Positions 40,744-50,876 of a stretch of 64,000 nucleotides of DNA are shown here, one piece after another; within the stretch, counting starts at the first letter, position 1, and every line of letters begins with the position of its first letter. The stretch comes from Schizochytrium sp. TIO01 (lineage: Eukaryota; Protista; Bigyra: Labyrinthulomycetes): NCBI GenBank assembly GCA_004764695.1, contig SMSO01000032.1, forward strand, positions 5,798,483 to 5,862,482. The letters run 5' to 3'. Position numbers and translations under genes: made by a program. The notes beneath the pieces are model-generated. The model did not search any database. It was not told the DNA's origin and worked only from the letters and a program-made list of their open reading frames with translations.

Positions 40744-41625
40744 ATGCAAGGAGAACGATTGTCAGAGAAGGAGATTTCCATAGTAAGGTTTCTTTACAAA
40801 AGACGCAAGGCCCTATTCACCGGTGAACAATCGCCCAATAAGCGCTTGTGCAGGGACTTTGAGCCAGAAGACGATGAACCGGAAGCAATGGAATCTCCTC
40901 CTCAAGAGGAGGTTGCTAAAAAGGCAATTGTGAAATTCAAATCCCCACCACCTCATATCGTGTACGAGGTCGATCAGCAATCAATTGATTTGCGCAGCCT
41001 CGAACTCGTACGGGATTCGATCATCTGTTGTAACTACACAAAATACCCTGCAAAACCTCAATTTGTCTCAACATCTGCGAATCTAGGCATATCTTATTCC
41101 TATGGTGACATGCGTACACTATATGTGTTGATTCAAAAACCTGCCGATGAAAAACACATCACCAAGTTTCACTTCCGCGTGAATTTTAGTGGAAAATACC
41201 CAGATACACGTCAATACTTCAGCTCACACGACGCTATCACTCTTAACCGCCACGATAAAGTATTCCATGTAGCAGCAGACTCTCACGTTACGGATACGAA
41301 GCCCAGTGTACTCAAACGCGAAGGTTCCAAGGCGAGTAAGGTGTACGATTCGAAATACTTTTTCATCTTTGCACTTCGAATGTGGCCAAAGAAGTACTAT
41401 CTCTTCACCTCAAAAGACCCAGGAATGACAAACGTGTATAACTTTCATATCGAGTACTCTGTCAAGGACTCGTGTGAGCGTCAGGTAGTTGAAATCCCAG
41501 AGACTCACAACTCATTTACAATGTTTTCCAAGCCACATGGTCGCAAGTCTGCTGTTCATGAAAATCGCCGTGCAAAATTTATCAAGATGGCAGAACTCTA
41601 TAAAACCATCGAATCAATGCAATAA
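40744..41625 (+). CDS. hypothetical protein, possible Ig-fold DNA-binding domain
   Basis: 293 aa, beta-rich, ending SFTMFSKP plus basic tail; the fold is speculative. Confidence 0.55.
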   Translation: MQGERLSEKEISIVRFLYKRRKALFTGEQSPNKRLCRDFEPEDDEPEAMESPPQEEVAKKAIVKFKSPPPHIVYEVDQQSIDLRSLELVRDSIICCNYTKYPAKPQFVSTSANLGISYSYGDMRTLYVLIQKPADEKHITKFHFRVNFSGKYPDTRQYFSSHDAITLNRHDKVFHVAADSHVTDTKPSVLKREGSKASKVYDSKYFFIFALRMWPKKYYLFTSKDPGMTNVYNFHIEYSVKDSCERQVVEIPETHNSFTMFSKPHGRKSAVHENRRAKFIKMAELYKTIESMQ

Positions 41626-41666
41626 ATTGCACCTAAACAATAACAATATCCCAAACTTCGAATTGA

Positions 41667-42856
41667 TTAGTTAAGCGTACTATGAAAGTAGTTCGTCATC
41701 GTATTTTCAGGGGCGGAGTCAAAATGATTACCACATACTTGTGAAATCAAGGGAAGGTGTTTAATCCTATACATTCGACAGTGAATGGGATGCCCATTCC
41801 CGGCGCGCTTGCTGTAGGTAGGAGGTTTCTCACCATACTCTTCCTCATACGCCTTGCACAACGCCTTCCCGAAACTCGTCTTTTCTCCATCTTTTAACTT
41901 GCGCCCAAGAATCTTCTCAACTTCACTAATGTGGTCAATGATTTCATCATTAGTGTCTTGAATGGCCAATTGTTGGTTGGTAGTGTTGATATTGAATTGA
42001 TTAATAACCAGAGCTCGGAGCTCAATCGAGTCACGCTCGTCAACGGCACTCGAAGCTCGAGAGTACATGTCCATCATAAACGCTACATGCTTTTGTTGAC
42101 CCTCTTGCAAAAGAAGTTGTGTCTCCACCTCGTACCGATCAAGCTCTAGATTAAGTCGACGCTTCTTCACGATGCGAAGATCGTCATCCTCATCCTTCAC
42201 TTGACCAAGTACCTTCTCCCCGATCTGGACCTGGCCACCATCATGGATTATCTGCACGGCCTGGCCCATCGCGATAAAACAATCAACATACTTCCCTTGA
42301 CGCTTGCTATGCATTTTCATCAGAAGTCGAAGTGCAAACAAGGGGGTTACGAAGTAAAACTTCGAAGAAGGGCCGCAGTCGGGACGGAACATAACAGGAC
42401 CTTCCTCCAGGCAATCATAATCAAACACAATAGGTTTTTCAAGGTCTTCACGTGGAGTTACAAGGTTATCATTCCCGATAACCTTTCTATACTCGTCGAA
42501 TGCCCCCCGAAGACTTCAGATTTGGGGAGGGAGGCCCAATCTTGACCCTCTTGGCCCATCTCTTTGAGAATACGAGAGAGAAAGTTAGCTTGGTCAATCT
42601 TGTTTTGATACTTGCGACCGGCAACAGCAGCGACCAGCATGGCGGGGATGCAGAATGCACCCTTGGTCTTCGAGTCGGTGCTTTTGCGAAGGATGTCTAG
42701 GACTACGGGTACGATATCGCCAAAGTTCTCGAGCTTGGTGCTCACTTGTGAGACTTGTTGCGTAGAAAGAGCACCAAAGCGACTCGTGATGTCAAGAATT
42801 TGATCATCGTTGATCGTCTTGGTAGAGAGGTTGTCTTGGTTGTTGGTGGTGGGCAT
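41667..42856 (-). pseudogene. antirepressor/KilA-Bro-type DNA-binding family gene, copy 1, frameshifted in a G6 tract
   Basis: Track ORFs 42458-42856 and 41667-42428 join into one 396-aa ORF if the C6 run at 42503-42508 is C7, as in the paralog (43744-43750). Confidence 0.75.
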
Positions 42857-43123
42857 CTTGGTTGACTTGAATGACTTGGCTTGGGCGGTGGCGTCTCGTG
42901 CTTAAATGCTTACCTAGCTAGAAGATCTTGAGTTGCGGGTTTGCTTTCGCCACCACATCAAAAAATGTTACTTTTGTTCGTAATATAAGTTACATAGTAG
43001 AATCGCTAATAGTGGAAAAGTGCTAATTGATTCATAAACATGTTTATATATAGTCAAAACTATAGTATTTATAAATTGTTTATTGTTACTTTATAATAAT
43101 TTACATAGTCATAACTATAATAG

Positions 43124-44074
43124 TTATACTGTAACATAATTGACTTCAACTTTATAACGTTTGCAAGTATCAAAGCATTCACCTGCTGGCTTTTTTTCAC
43201 CAAACAATACAAGCCGACGACGTTTATTGGTTGCGCAACCATATGCAAGTACTTGTCCCAATCCATGCATCCATTGAGAAACGGGTTTAACCTCGATAAC
43301 TTCATCGTGGGTCTCCACGTCCGCGAACCCACACTTGTTCTTTGATTCGATCTTACCATGTTTTTGTAGAGCAAATAAGTCGCGAACTCTATTGTGAGTT
43401 GTTTCTATGGGTATGAGCCTTTGTGGCATTTGGAGGATAGCGTATTCAGCTTGACAAATTGCAAGTTGCATTGTGTTTTCACTAGAATGGTCTATGAGAA
43501 CTTTTGATATTTCTAAAAGAATGGTAATAATAATATCTTGACGCCTACTCTGCATTTTCATCAGAAGTTGAAGTGCAAACAGGGGGGTTACGAAGTAAAA
43601 CTTCGAATTATGTCCACAGTCGGGACGGAACATAACAGGACCTTCCTCCAGACAATCATAATCAAATACAAGAGGTTTTTCAAGATCGACACTTGTCTTG
43701 GTGACTCCGACAGTAGTGACCATCTTTCTATACTCGTCGAATGCCCCCCCGAAGACTTCAGATTTGGGGAGGGAGGCCCAATCTTGACCCTCTTGGCCCA
43801 TCTCTTTGAGAATACGAGAGACGAAATTGGTTTGATCAAACCTGCTAGTATACTTGCGACCGGCAACGCCGGCGACCAACATCGCAGGGATGTGGAATGC
43901 GTCCTTTGTTTCAGGGTTGGTGCTCTTACGTAGAATGTCTAGGACGGCTGGTACGATATCGCCGAATTTCTCGAGCTTGGTGCTCACTTGTGAGACTTGA
44001 TGCGTAGAAAGAGCACTAAAGCGGCTGGTGATGTCAAGAATTTGATCATCGTTGATCGTCTTGGTTTCGGGCAT
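43124..44074 (-). CDS. same N-terminal domain fused to a PD-(D/E)XK nuclease, copy 2
   Basis: N-terminal ~175 aa near-identical to copy 1; C-terminal GFADVETHDEVIEVK...WMHGLGQVLAY; ATG 44074 with AGCAAACCCGTAA upstream. Confidence 0.8.
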   Translation of the reverse strand: MPETKTINDDQILDITSRFSALSTHQVSQVSTKLEKFGDIVPAVLDILRKSTNPETKDAFHIPAMLVAGVAGRKYTSRFDQTNFVSRILKEMGQEGQDWASLPKSEVFGGAFDEYRKMVTTVGVTKTSVDLEKPLVFDYDCLEEGPVMFRPDCGHNSKFYFVTPLFALQLLMKMQSRRQDIIITILLEISKVLIDHSSENTMQLAICQAEYAILQMPQRLIPIETTHNRVRDLFALQKHGKIESKNKCGFADVETHDEVIEVKPVSQWMHGLGQVLAYGCATNKRRRLVLFGEKKPAGECFDTCKRYKVEVNYVTV

Positions 44075-44289
44075 TGTCTTGACTGGTGACGTCTCGTGTT
44101 TGAAATTACGGGTTTGCTTTCGCGTCCGTATCAAAAAGTACTCGTCACGGAATTTATATAGTAAAACACTAATAGTAAAAACGGACTAATTGAATCATGA
44201 ACCTAATTATATATAGTTGAAACTATAGTATGTGCAAATTGTTAAATTGTTACTTTATACTATTTTATATAGGCATAATTATAATAGTT

Positions 44290-44520
44290 ATATTGTAGCG
44301 ACCAACATCGCAGGGATGCAGAAGGTGCCCTTGGTCTTCGAGTCAGTGTAGCGACCGGTGGTGTCAAGAATTCGATCATCGTTGATAGTCTTGGTAGAGA
44401 GGTTGTCCTGGTTGTTGGTGGTGGGCATCTTGGTTGGCTTGGGTGGCGACGTCTCGTGCTTGAATGCTTACCTAGCGAGGAGATTTCGAGTTACAGGTTT
44501 GTTTTCGCCACCACAAAAAA
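44290..44520 (-). pseudogene. deleted remnant of the same family, copy 3
   Basis: Retains promoter and the MPTTNNQDNLSTKT start plus a patch encoding KTKGTFCIPAMLV, with internal deletions. Confidence 0.75.
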
Positions 44521-44701
44521 ATATTCGTAATGAAAGTTATATAGTTAAATTATTAATATTGAAATCTAACTAATTGATTCGCAAACCGATTCTTATCTAG
44601 TCAAACCTAAAGTATTTATAAATTGTTATATTGTTACTTTATATAAATTTATATAGCCATAATTATATTAATTATGGCGTTTGCAAGTATCAAAACAAGA
44701 G

Positions 44702-45220
44702 CTATTGAATTGTATTTCTACTTCTTTTACTAACAAATGCATATGGGGCAAATGTTAAGGAAATTCCCATCATGCGATCAAATGTGTCCAGTTTACACTT
44801 ATCATCCTTAGCCGACACGTAACCTTTTTTGAGTTTGTAATCGTTAATTGACTTAAACGAGTCGTGATATTTCATCATCTTCTTGTACATATCATTATCT
44901 CTAACATTGCCTTTTGGTGTCCCTTCAATGTTAGACCCTCTCAAAAGATGCATAAAGTCATAATTTAAATCACACCAATATTGCCTTCTATATAACTTCA
45001 TCTTACTTAGTCGCTTGATCTCATGTAGAAATAGAATGTCTTTCTCTAAATGATCTTCTTGGCCTTTGTATATTTCGAGTAGCCTCTCTCGTGGTACATT
45101 ATCAATGAATCTAAGTATAAAATTTATAAATCCCTGATACATTCGGTTCGAAACGAGCATGTCGAATTCCTCAGCATTACTCCGATCTACTAGGTAGTTC
45201 ATGATCCCACGAGGCATCAT
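44702..45220 (-). CDS. hypothetical protein
   Basis: 172-aa ATG ORF. Confidence 0.6.
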   Translation of the reverse strand: MMPRGIMNYLVDRSNAEEFDMLVSNRMYQGFINFILRFIDNVPRERLLEIYKGQEDHLEKDILFLHEIKRLSKMKLYRRQYWCDLNYDFMHLLRGSNIEGTPKGNVRDNDMYKKMMKYHDSFKSINDYKLKKGYVSAKDDKCKLDTFDRMMGISLTFAPYAFVSKRSRNTIQ

Positions 45221-45316
45221 ATTTTGCTTTGGAAACTCCTCTCGGTGTATGCATTGTTCCCTTTGTTCATTGTATCTTAATTGTAATATAGTATATATTG
45301 TATATCTATAACTTCT

Positions 45317-45960
45317 ACAATACCCCCCTAATAAAAGCGATAAAAGTGATAAAAGCGATAAAAGCGATACCTATTTTTTTGTGCAAGGGTCGCTATCTAG
45401 ATTTTCTGCAGATGAAAGTCACTTTACTATGGGAGAGTTGGAGTTTTGGGTTGAGAATTTGAATATTTGGGATTTCAAAATCGATAATAACATGTATATT
45501 CTACCCCCACCATATTAACTCCTATCAAGGAATCCTCAATTTCGCGGCACCCCAGGGTAGGGACCCAGGGCTACTTGTGATTTTTCAAATACTACAAGTT
45601 TTTGAATTCTAATCGAGACAAGAGTATGTTAGTCGGTTAAACCAGCCAGTGTACCCGTATCAGCTTTTTCTTTAAACTACACAGAGCAAGTCTTCTCGGA
45701 GTTCTATGTAATGCGTAATTATTTTCTAACTACCGGAGTTCCGTGTAAATACTTGAGTCGGTTAGTCGGTTAAACCAGCCAGTGTACCCGTGTCGGCTTT
45801 TTCTTTAAACTACCCAGAGCAAGTCTTCTCGAAGTTTTACGCAATGTGTATTGACACAAAAAGCCAGACACTTCCACCAAAACTCTCCCGGTAGCGAAGA
45901 TCAAGAGTAAGAGAAAGGCGTTTATTCAAAAGACAACTTAATAATATTAACACTTTTTAC
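45317..45960 (-). repeat. dispersed structured repeat, copy D (inverted; longest; internal ~90-bp duplication 45628-45720/45760-45850)
   Basis: 9-mers at 45333-45368; tail matches copy B left flank. Confidence 0.95.
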
Positions 45961-45961
45961 A

Positions 45962-46333
45962 GCAATAATTATAGCACTCTCGTTGACTATGAACGTCCAC
46001 ATATTATTACAAACTTGTTAGTATATCATCGTAGTGTCTGGAACTTAGACAATACCCCCTTAATAAAAGCGATAAAAGTGATAAAAGCGATAAAAGCGAT
46101 ACCTTTTTGAAAAGTACATGGGTCTCTATCTAGATTTTCTGCAGAGAAAAGTCACTTTAATATGGGGGAGTTGGAGTTTTGGGTTGAGAATTTGAATTTT
46201 TGGGATTTTGAAATCGATAATCGCATGTCTATTCTACCCCCACCATATTAACTCCTATCAAAGAATCCTCAAAATGGCGACACCCGAGGGTAGGGACCCA
46301 GGGCTACTTGTGATTTTCCAAGTACTACAAGAA
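45962..46333 (-). repeat. dispersed structured repeat, copy E (inverted, tandem with D)
   Basis: 9-mers at 46065-46100; head matches copy A right flank. Confidence 0.95.
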
Positions 46334-46528
46334 ATATATAGTATAAACACTACAATTAATGTTGAATATACTATCTTCAACGTATGTTATCTTTTTGATG
46401 AATGTATTCGTCTTAGAGACAAACTTCACGGTTATGTATATGAAGGATAGTTTTTTTTTGAAGTATGACTAGTTGAACTTGTTTCGTTCTATATGTTATA
46501 AAGACTTGAGTGTTTAAACTATAGAGAA

Positions 46529-47125
46529 ATGGAAAGAAATACATTTAGATTGGACATAAAAGATCGAGTTGAAAATTATGTTTCACATGGAATTGAAGAA
46601 GAAATTCTAAACCAACTTTTCACTACTATTCCATCTATTCATGTGATGCATGCACCCAAAGGGAGTGGAAAGAGTAGTTTAATTACGCATGTTGCGAAAA
46701 TTGCTTGTGAACGAAATCAAACGAGTGGAGTTTTCATAGTGGACGATTATCAAGGGGTAAACAAAAGATGCTCTTTTAATGGTTGGTTTCTTATAGATAA
46801 ATTTGGCCTTCATGAAGACACAAACAAAATGTGCTTATCAGATTGCCTACCTATAGCCGATAGACCCTATCTTCTCATACTCGATCAATTTGATGAAGTC
46901 GTAGATTATCCAAGTGTAAAACGTTTTGTAAAGCCTCTCGCCCAAGAATTGCGCATGAAGGGTAATTTGGTGTGTTTGATTTGCGTGAATTGCCGTGAAC
47001 ATTATAAATCGATCATAGAATGGAATGGTGGAGAAAAGATAGTTCCACTCGGTGTAAGTCTCAAAGGAACGTCATTGGAAGAGTCTATATGGAACCCGCT
47101 GGCTTTTTTAAATTGTTTTAAATAA
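46529..47125 (+). CDS. P-loop ATPase (AAA/STAND-like)
   Basis: Walker A APKGSGKS, Walker B LLILDQFDE. Confidence 0.8.
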   Translation: MERNTFRLDIKDRVENYVSHGIEEEILNQLFTTIPSIHVMHAPKGSGKSSLITHVAKIACERNQTSGVFIVDDYQGVNKRCSFNGWFLIDKFGLHEDTNKMCLSDCLPIADRPYLLILDQFDEVVDYPSVKRFVKPLAQELRMKGNLVCLICVNCREHYKSIIEWNGGEKIVPLGVSLKGTSLEESIWNPLAFLNCFK

Positions 47126-47180
47126 GTAAATATAATAACGATTAGTATCATTGAAGGAAGATAGAGTTGTGTGTGTCCCC

Positions 47181-47408
47181 ATGAGTGGAGGGTTTTTCTC
47201 TATACTTTCAAGCATTGTGAGTGCCAATTCAACTTTTTCGGATGAAGTGACTAGTTCGACCGATGACTATGGTGAACTAATGATTATTATTGTAATTGTT
47301 CTTGCCTCAATCTTTGTAATGTTATGTTTTTGTGGATTGCTATATATCAAGTGCTATCGAATGGGGAATGCCGACGAACGTAGCCATAGTAATATACAAT
47401 TACTATGA
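47181..47408 (+). CDS. small single-pass membrane protein
   Basis: Signal-like N-terminus and strong TM helix. Confidence 0.55.
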   Translation: MSGGFFSILSSIVSANSTFSDEVTSSTDDYGELMIIIVIVLASIFVMLCFCGLLYIKCYRMGNADERSHSNIQLL

Positions 47409-48305
47409 TAGCCCCTTGTATAGACAAATCGTTAGACCAATACGGTGTCCGAGTAGTAAGAGACTCAGAATGCCTGTACAAATATACCTAGTATCCGTAT
47501 CTAGCTTTACTTGATACCACAATCCAATATTTTCAATGATTATTAAGGATGTGTAAAGTAATAGATAGCCTAATACAAAAGAACTTTTATTACCATGCTG
47601 TGAGTGATTTATCCAGAGAAGAAATAAAAGAATAAGAGTTGAAAGTGTTGCTATAATAGGTTGAAAGATCATTGACAAATGTATTTTCTTTGTCGTCATA
47701 CGAAATGTTTCTCCACTCGCCATGAGTGCTAGAATTGGAATACTAGCCAAAATGATAGTATGAATATCACAGAAGCTGCATAAAAGTAAGGTGATTATGG
47801 TAATCGAGTAGTATGTTATAGAGTTCTCAATCCACCGGCCCCACGATGACCAATCATTCGCGGGTAGTGAAAGTGTTGAATGTTTGTAGAATGAATAGGC
47901 TAAATTTGCAAATGCTGCCCAGATGTATGCCACGCCGTCGCAGTAAAAAAGATTCACTCCCCCCACGATATTTAATGAAACATTGTCTGTGGAGTTTGAA
48001 GTCGAGTAACTATTGTTGAAGCTAAAACTATACAAAGGATAAGTTGAGTTATTAAATGAAGTGTCCTGGTCAACATCGTTAGTACCACCTAAAGTAGCTC
48101 CTTTAAATATCATAAATATTCCTAGTGCAGTATAAATACAACATAAAACCCGCTTGATATTTACTCCTGTGTACCAATGGCCTTGAAAATTATCACTTGG
48201 TCTAGTTGCATCTAGTTGACCCATAATTGAACCCATTAACGGGTCTTCTTCGTCTCGTGCCGACGAACTATTGCTACGACCTTTTCTCGTGGCTTGCGTT
48301 TTCAT
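47403..48305 (-). CDS. divergent heliorhodopsin-like 7TM protein lacking retinal Lys
   Basis: GRWIENSITYYSITIITLLLCSFCDI matches HeR TM3/4; last helix ILSLLLLGHR in place of LSLVAK. Confidence 0.7.
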   Translation of the reverse strand: MKTQATRKGRSNSSSARDEEDPLMGSIMGQLDATRPSDNFQGHWYTGVNIKRVLCCIYTALGIFMIFKGATLGGTNDVDQDTSFNNSTYPLYSFSFNNSYSTSNSTDNVSLNIVGGVNLFYCDGVAYIWAAFANLAYSFYKHSTLSLPANDWSSWGRWIENSITYYSITIITLLLCSFCDIHTIILASIPILALMASGETFRMTTKKIHLSMIFQPIIATLSTLILLFLLWINHSQHGNKSSFVLGYLLLYTSLIIIENIGLWYQVKLDTDTRYICTGILSLLLLGHRIGLTICLYKGLS

Positions 48306-48403
48306 TATTATATGCTTATAGCTACTTCGCATTGAGTAGTGTATCAAGGACTGTTGTTAGACTATAATCATGAAACATCAATTCATTTATATGGATTAAA
48401 TTA

Positions 48404-48955
48404 TTAAACACGGATAAAGAGTGATTCTCCGAACTCACTATGGTTTGAGTCACGATGACTCGGTGAATTTATTGAGTGTAACCGGAGTCTCGAGTTTTTG
48501 ATAGCGTTTAAAAGATTATCCTCTGAAGAAAGCTTTCGTTTAGATCTGTGGTGTTCTTGGGGAAAGGGCATATTGTTCCTTTCATCATTAGAGTCATCAA
48601 TATCACTATTATAACCACTCTCGATGTCAGAATCATAGTCTGTTCTTCGTTGGAATAAATCCCGTGTGTCATTTGAACCTTCAATATTGAAGGGTTTATC
48701 ATAAGACTCCGGTGTATCTAGGTTGGAAAAGTCAGCACCACAAACTTCAATATCTTCTCATGTGATATCTGTAGAGCTAAAGTCCAACATGTCTTTACGG
48801 AAATCGCCAAAGCCTAATTGATATGCCTCTTCAGGTGTAGTTATAAAGTACTGATGATCCGAGTCAGCGTATTCGTCGAACGCAGTGAAAGATTCAGGGT
48901 TGCTTAGAATAGAATCGATATCACCTGTTAGGTCAAGGTCCATTAGGAGGTCCAT
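48404..48955 (-). pseudogene. acidic low-complexity ORF with one in-frame TGA (48758-48760)
   Basis: Frame stays open for 117 more codons of similar D/S-rich composition after the TGA. Confidence 0.55.
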
Positions 48956-48986
48956 GGTCTCCAGTCTATGTTGGTTGTTCTACTTG

Positions 48987-49014
48987 TTTGGTGTTTGGTG
49001 TTTGGTGTTTGGTG
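48987..49014. repeat. (TTTGGTG)4 tandem heptamer
   Basis: Read directly; upstream of 48955(-). Confidence 0.9.
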
Positions 49015-49171
49015 AATGCAATGATGGAAAAGTGGACTATTTAATGGACCATATACAAGTTGTGAATGTTGGGTTCCTCTCGTTTCCTTTTTGTGAGGAT
49101 AAAGAAAAAATATTTTAATTTTTAAAAAGATATATTAGAATATTAAAAAATAAGATTAAAAGGAACTGACT

Positions 49172-50800
49172 ATGTCTATGGAAACTAAACTGAAAATAAT
49201 AATTTTATTCAGCATATTCATACATTATATACGGGCCGAGAAACTCCATCGCTTCGATCTAGGTTATGGTAGTAGTTCGACTGCGGGAGACGTCGCCTCA
49301 ACTCGTGAAACAAAGGCGGAAGATATCGTCAATGTATTTACAAGTGAGTATTCTACAGGATTGCACAACGGAATGCTTGTAGAAAATGTAGGAGGAGATA
49401 TAACTGGGTACGGAATTTTCTATGGGATAGACTCGACTAGTAATGATGTTTCTAAATGGTACTTCACAGAGAAGGTGGCCCTGGGATGGAACAGTGCTAC
49501 GGGATTGATTAAATGTTTGCGTTCAAAATTTGTTACATACTATGATGATGAATACTCTACCATTGAGGCTGCAGAAGTGAATGATACTGATGGGATCCTG
49601 GAATTAAAAGATCAGGGCGGTGCTTGTCCTGTAGATATAAAATGCAGTAGAGTGATAAGTGGTCGCACGTGGTTCGCGTGTGTGCACGATGAAACACACG
49701 TTATTGCGTGGGGTTCTGCTAGTTTTATTAATACCACCTTAGGAGTGTCAAATTTCACGGCAGATAGTAGTATTGTTCTTCTCGAAAGTCTAGGCGGAGA
49801 AATGTTATTTATAAAGAGTAACTTAGGGCAATTAACTATACTAGGTTGCACAGAGGAGCAACCCTCTACGTTTAATGGTGTCCTTACACTTATGACAAGT
49901 AACAACTTTTGGACTATTCAGATGATTAGTGGTGGAGTTAGTGTATATGGGATAGGAAGCTGCACAGATCCCTATATTTCTCTTTTAAATACAGAGACAG
50001 CTACCTTAAAAACATTTTCAGCTTCCGAAGAAAATGGTATATTGTTAATGACTAATGACACTGCATACACTTTTGGAAGTTTTGACCAAAGTGTGAGTGA
50101 ATCATACACCAATGTCGGTAACATAGATGCTGGTGGTTCCTCCCCTTGCGTCTATTTGTTTTATAATGATAACTCAATGGACGCTATCTGTGCTGAGTCG
50201 AGCCTTGATGAGTCATCCATAGTGCCACCGTCTACTAGACAATACATGGTAAACAATGTTTTTGACAGTGAGATTATTAAATGCCCAAATATTGACATCG
50301 TCCGGGATTCATTTAATAAGGCGTGGCTATTTCTTCCATTTTCATCATCCAGGTCGAATGCTGAAACACTTTCATTACAAACATCATTCAGTGAAAGGAT
50401 TGGAGAGGGCAAAGCATCCAAGGCATATGTTCTTTCTGAAAACTGCATTTTCGTCGATGAATCAGGGTATATAGTCTCTCTTTTTTCAACCTCCGGTCCC
50501 ACTAAACTGTTTGAAGATGATTACATAGCAGATGTTAAAAGCATTGATATGGTGCACCAGTTCGGGTATATATTCACCACATACGAAAAGACAGCTTCAC
50601 CTACACTTCAGCCGACTCAGCTCCCTACAACTGCCCCTACAATTTCGTTTGGAAATTCGACTATAGGAACTGAGATTGAATCATTGTACAACTTATACGC
50701 CATAGTCATAGGAAGTGGTTCTGTTAGTTTTGGTGAAATAATACTTTTATTGTTTAGTATTATTATCACATTTGTTGTTTTTTTTGAAGAAAATATTTAA
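49172..50800 (+). CDS. type I membrane glycoprotein, beta-propeller (RCC1-like) candidate with P/T stalk
   Basis: Signal peptide; VIAWGS/AYTFGS blades; SPTLQPTQLPTTAPT; C-terminal TM. Confidence 0.6.
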   Translation: MSMETKLKIIILFSIFIHYIRAEKLHRFDLGYGSSSTAGDVASTRETKAEDIVNVFTSEYSTGLHNGMLVENVGGDITGYGIFYGIDSTSNDVSKWYFTEKVALGWNSATGLIKCLRSKFVTYYDDEYSTIEAAEVNDTDGILELKDQGGACPVDIKCSRVISGRTWFACVHDETHVIAWGSASFINTTLGVSNFTADSSIVLLESLGGEMLFIKSNLGQLTILGCTEEQPSTFNGVLTLMTSNNFWTIQMISGGVSVYGIGSCTDPYISLLNTETATLKTFSASEENGILLMTNDTAYTFGSFDQSVSESYTNVGNIDAGGSSPCVYLFYNDNSMDAICAESSLDESSIVPPSTRQYMVNNVFDSEIIKCPNIDIVRDSFNKAWLFLPFSSSRSNAETLSLQTSFSERIGEGKASKAYVLSENCIFVDESGYIVSLFSTSGPTKLFEDDYIADVKSIDMVHQFGYIFTTYEKTASPTLQPTQLPTTAPTISFGNSTIGTEIESLYNLYAIVIGSGSVSFGEIILLLFSIIITFVVFFEENI

Positions 50801-50876
50801 AATGTAGAGAATACTAAACACTTTTTTAAGACTTATTTTAACGACCTTTGAAAATAAAAATATAAAATAATTTCAA

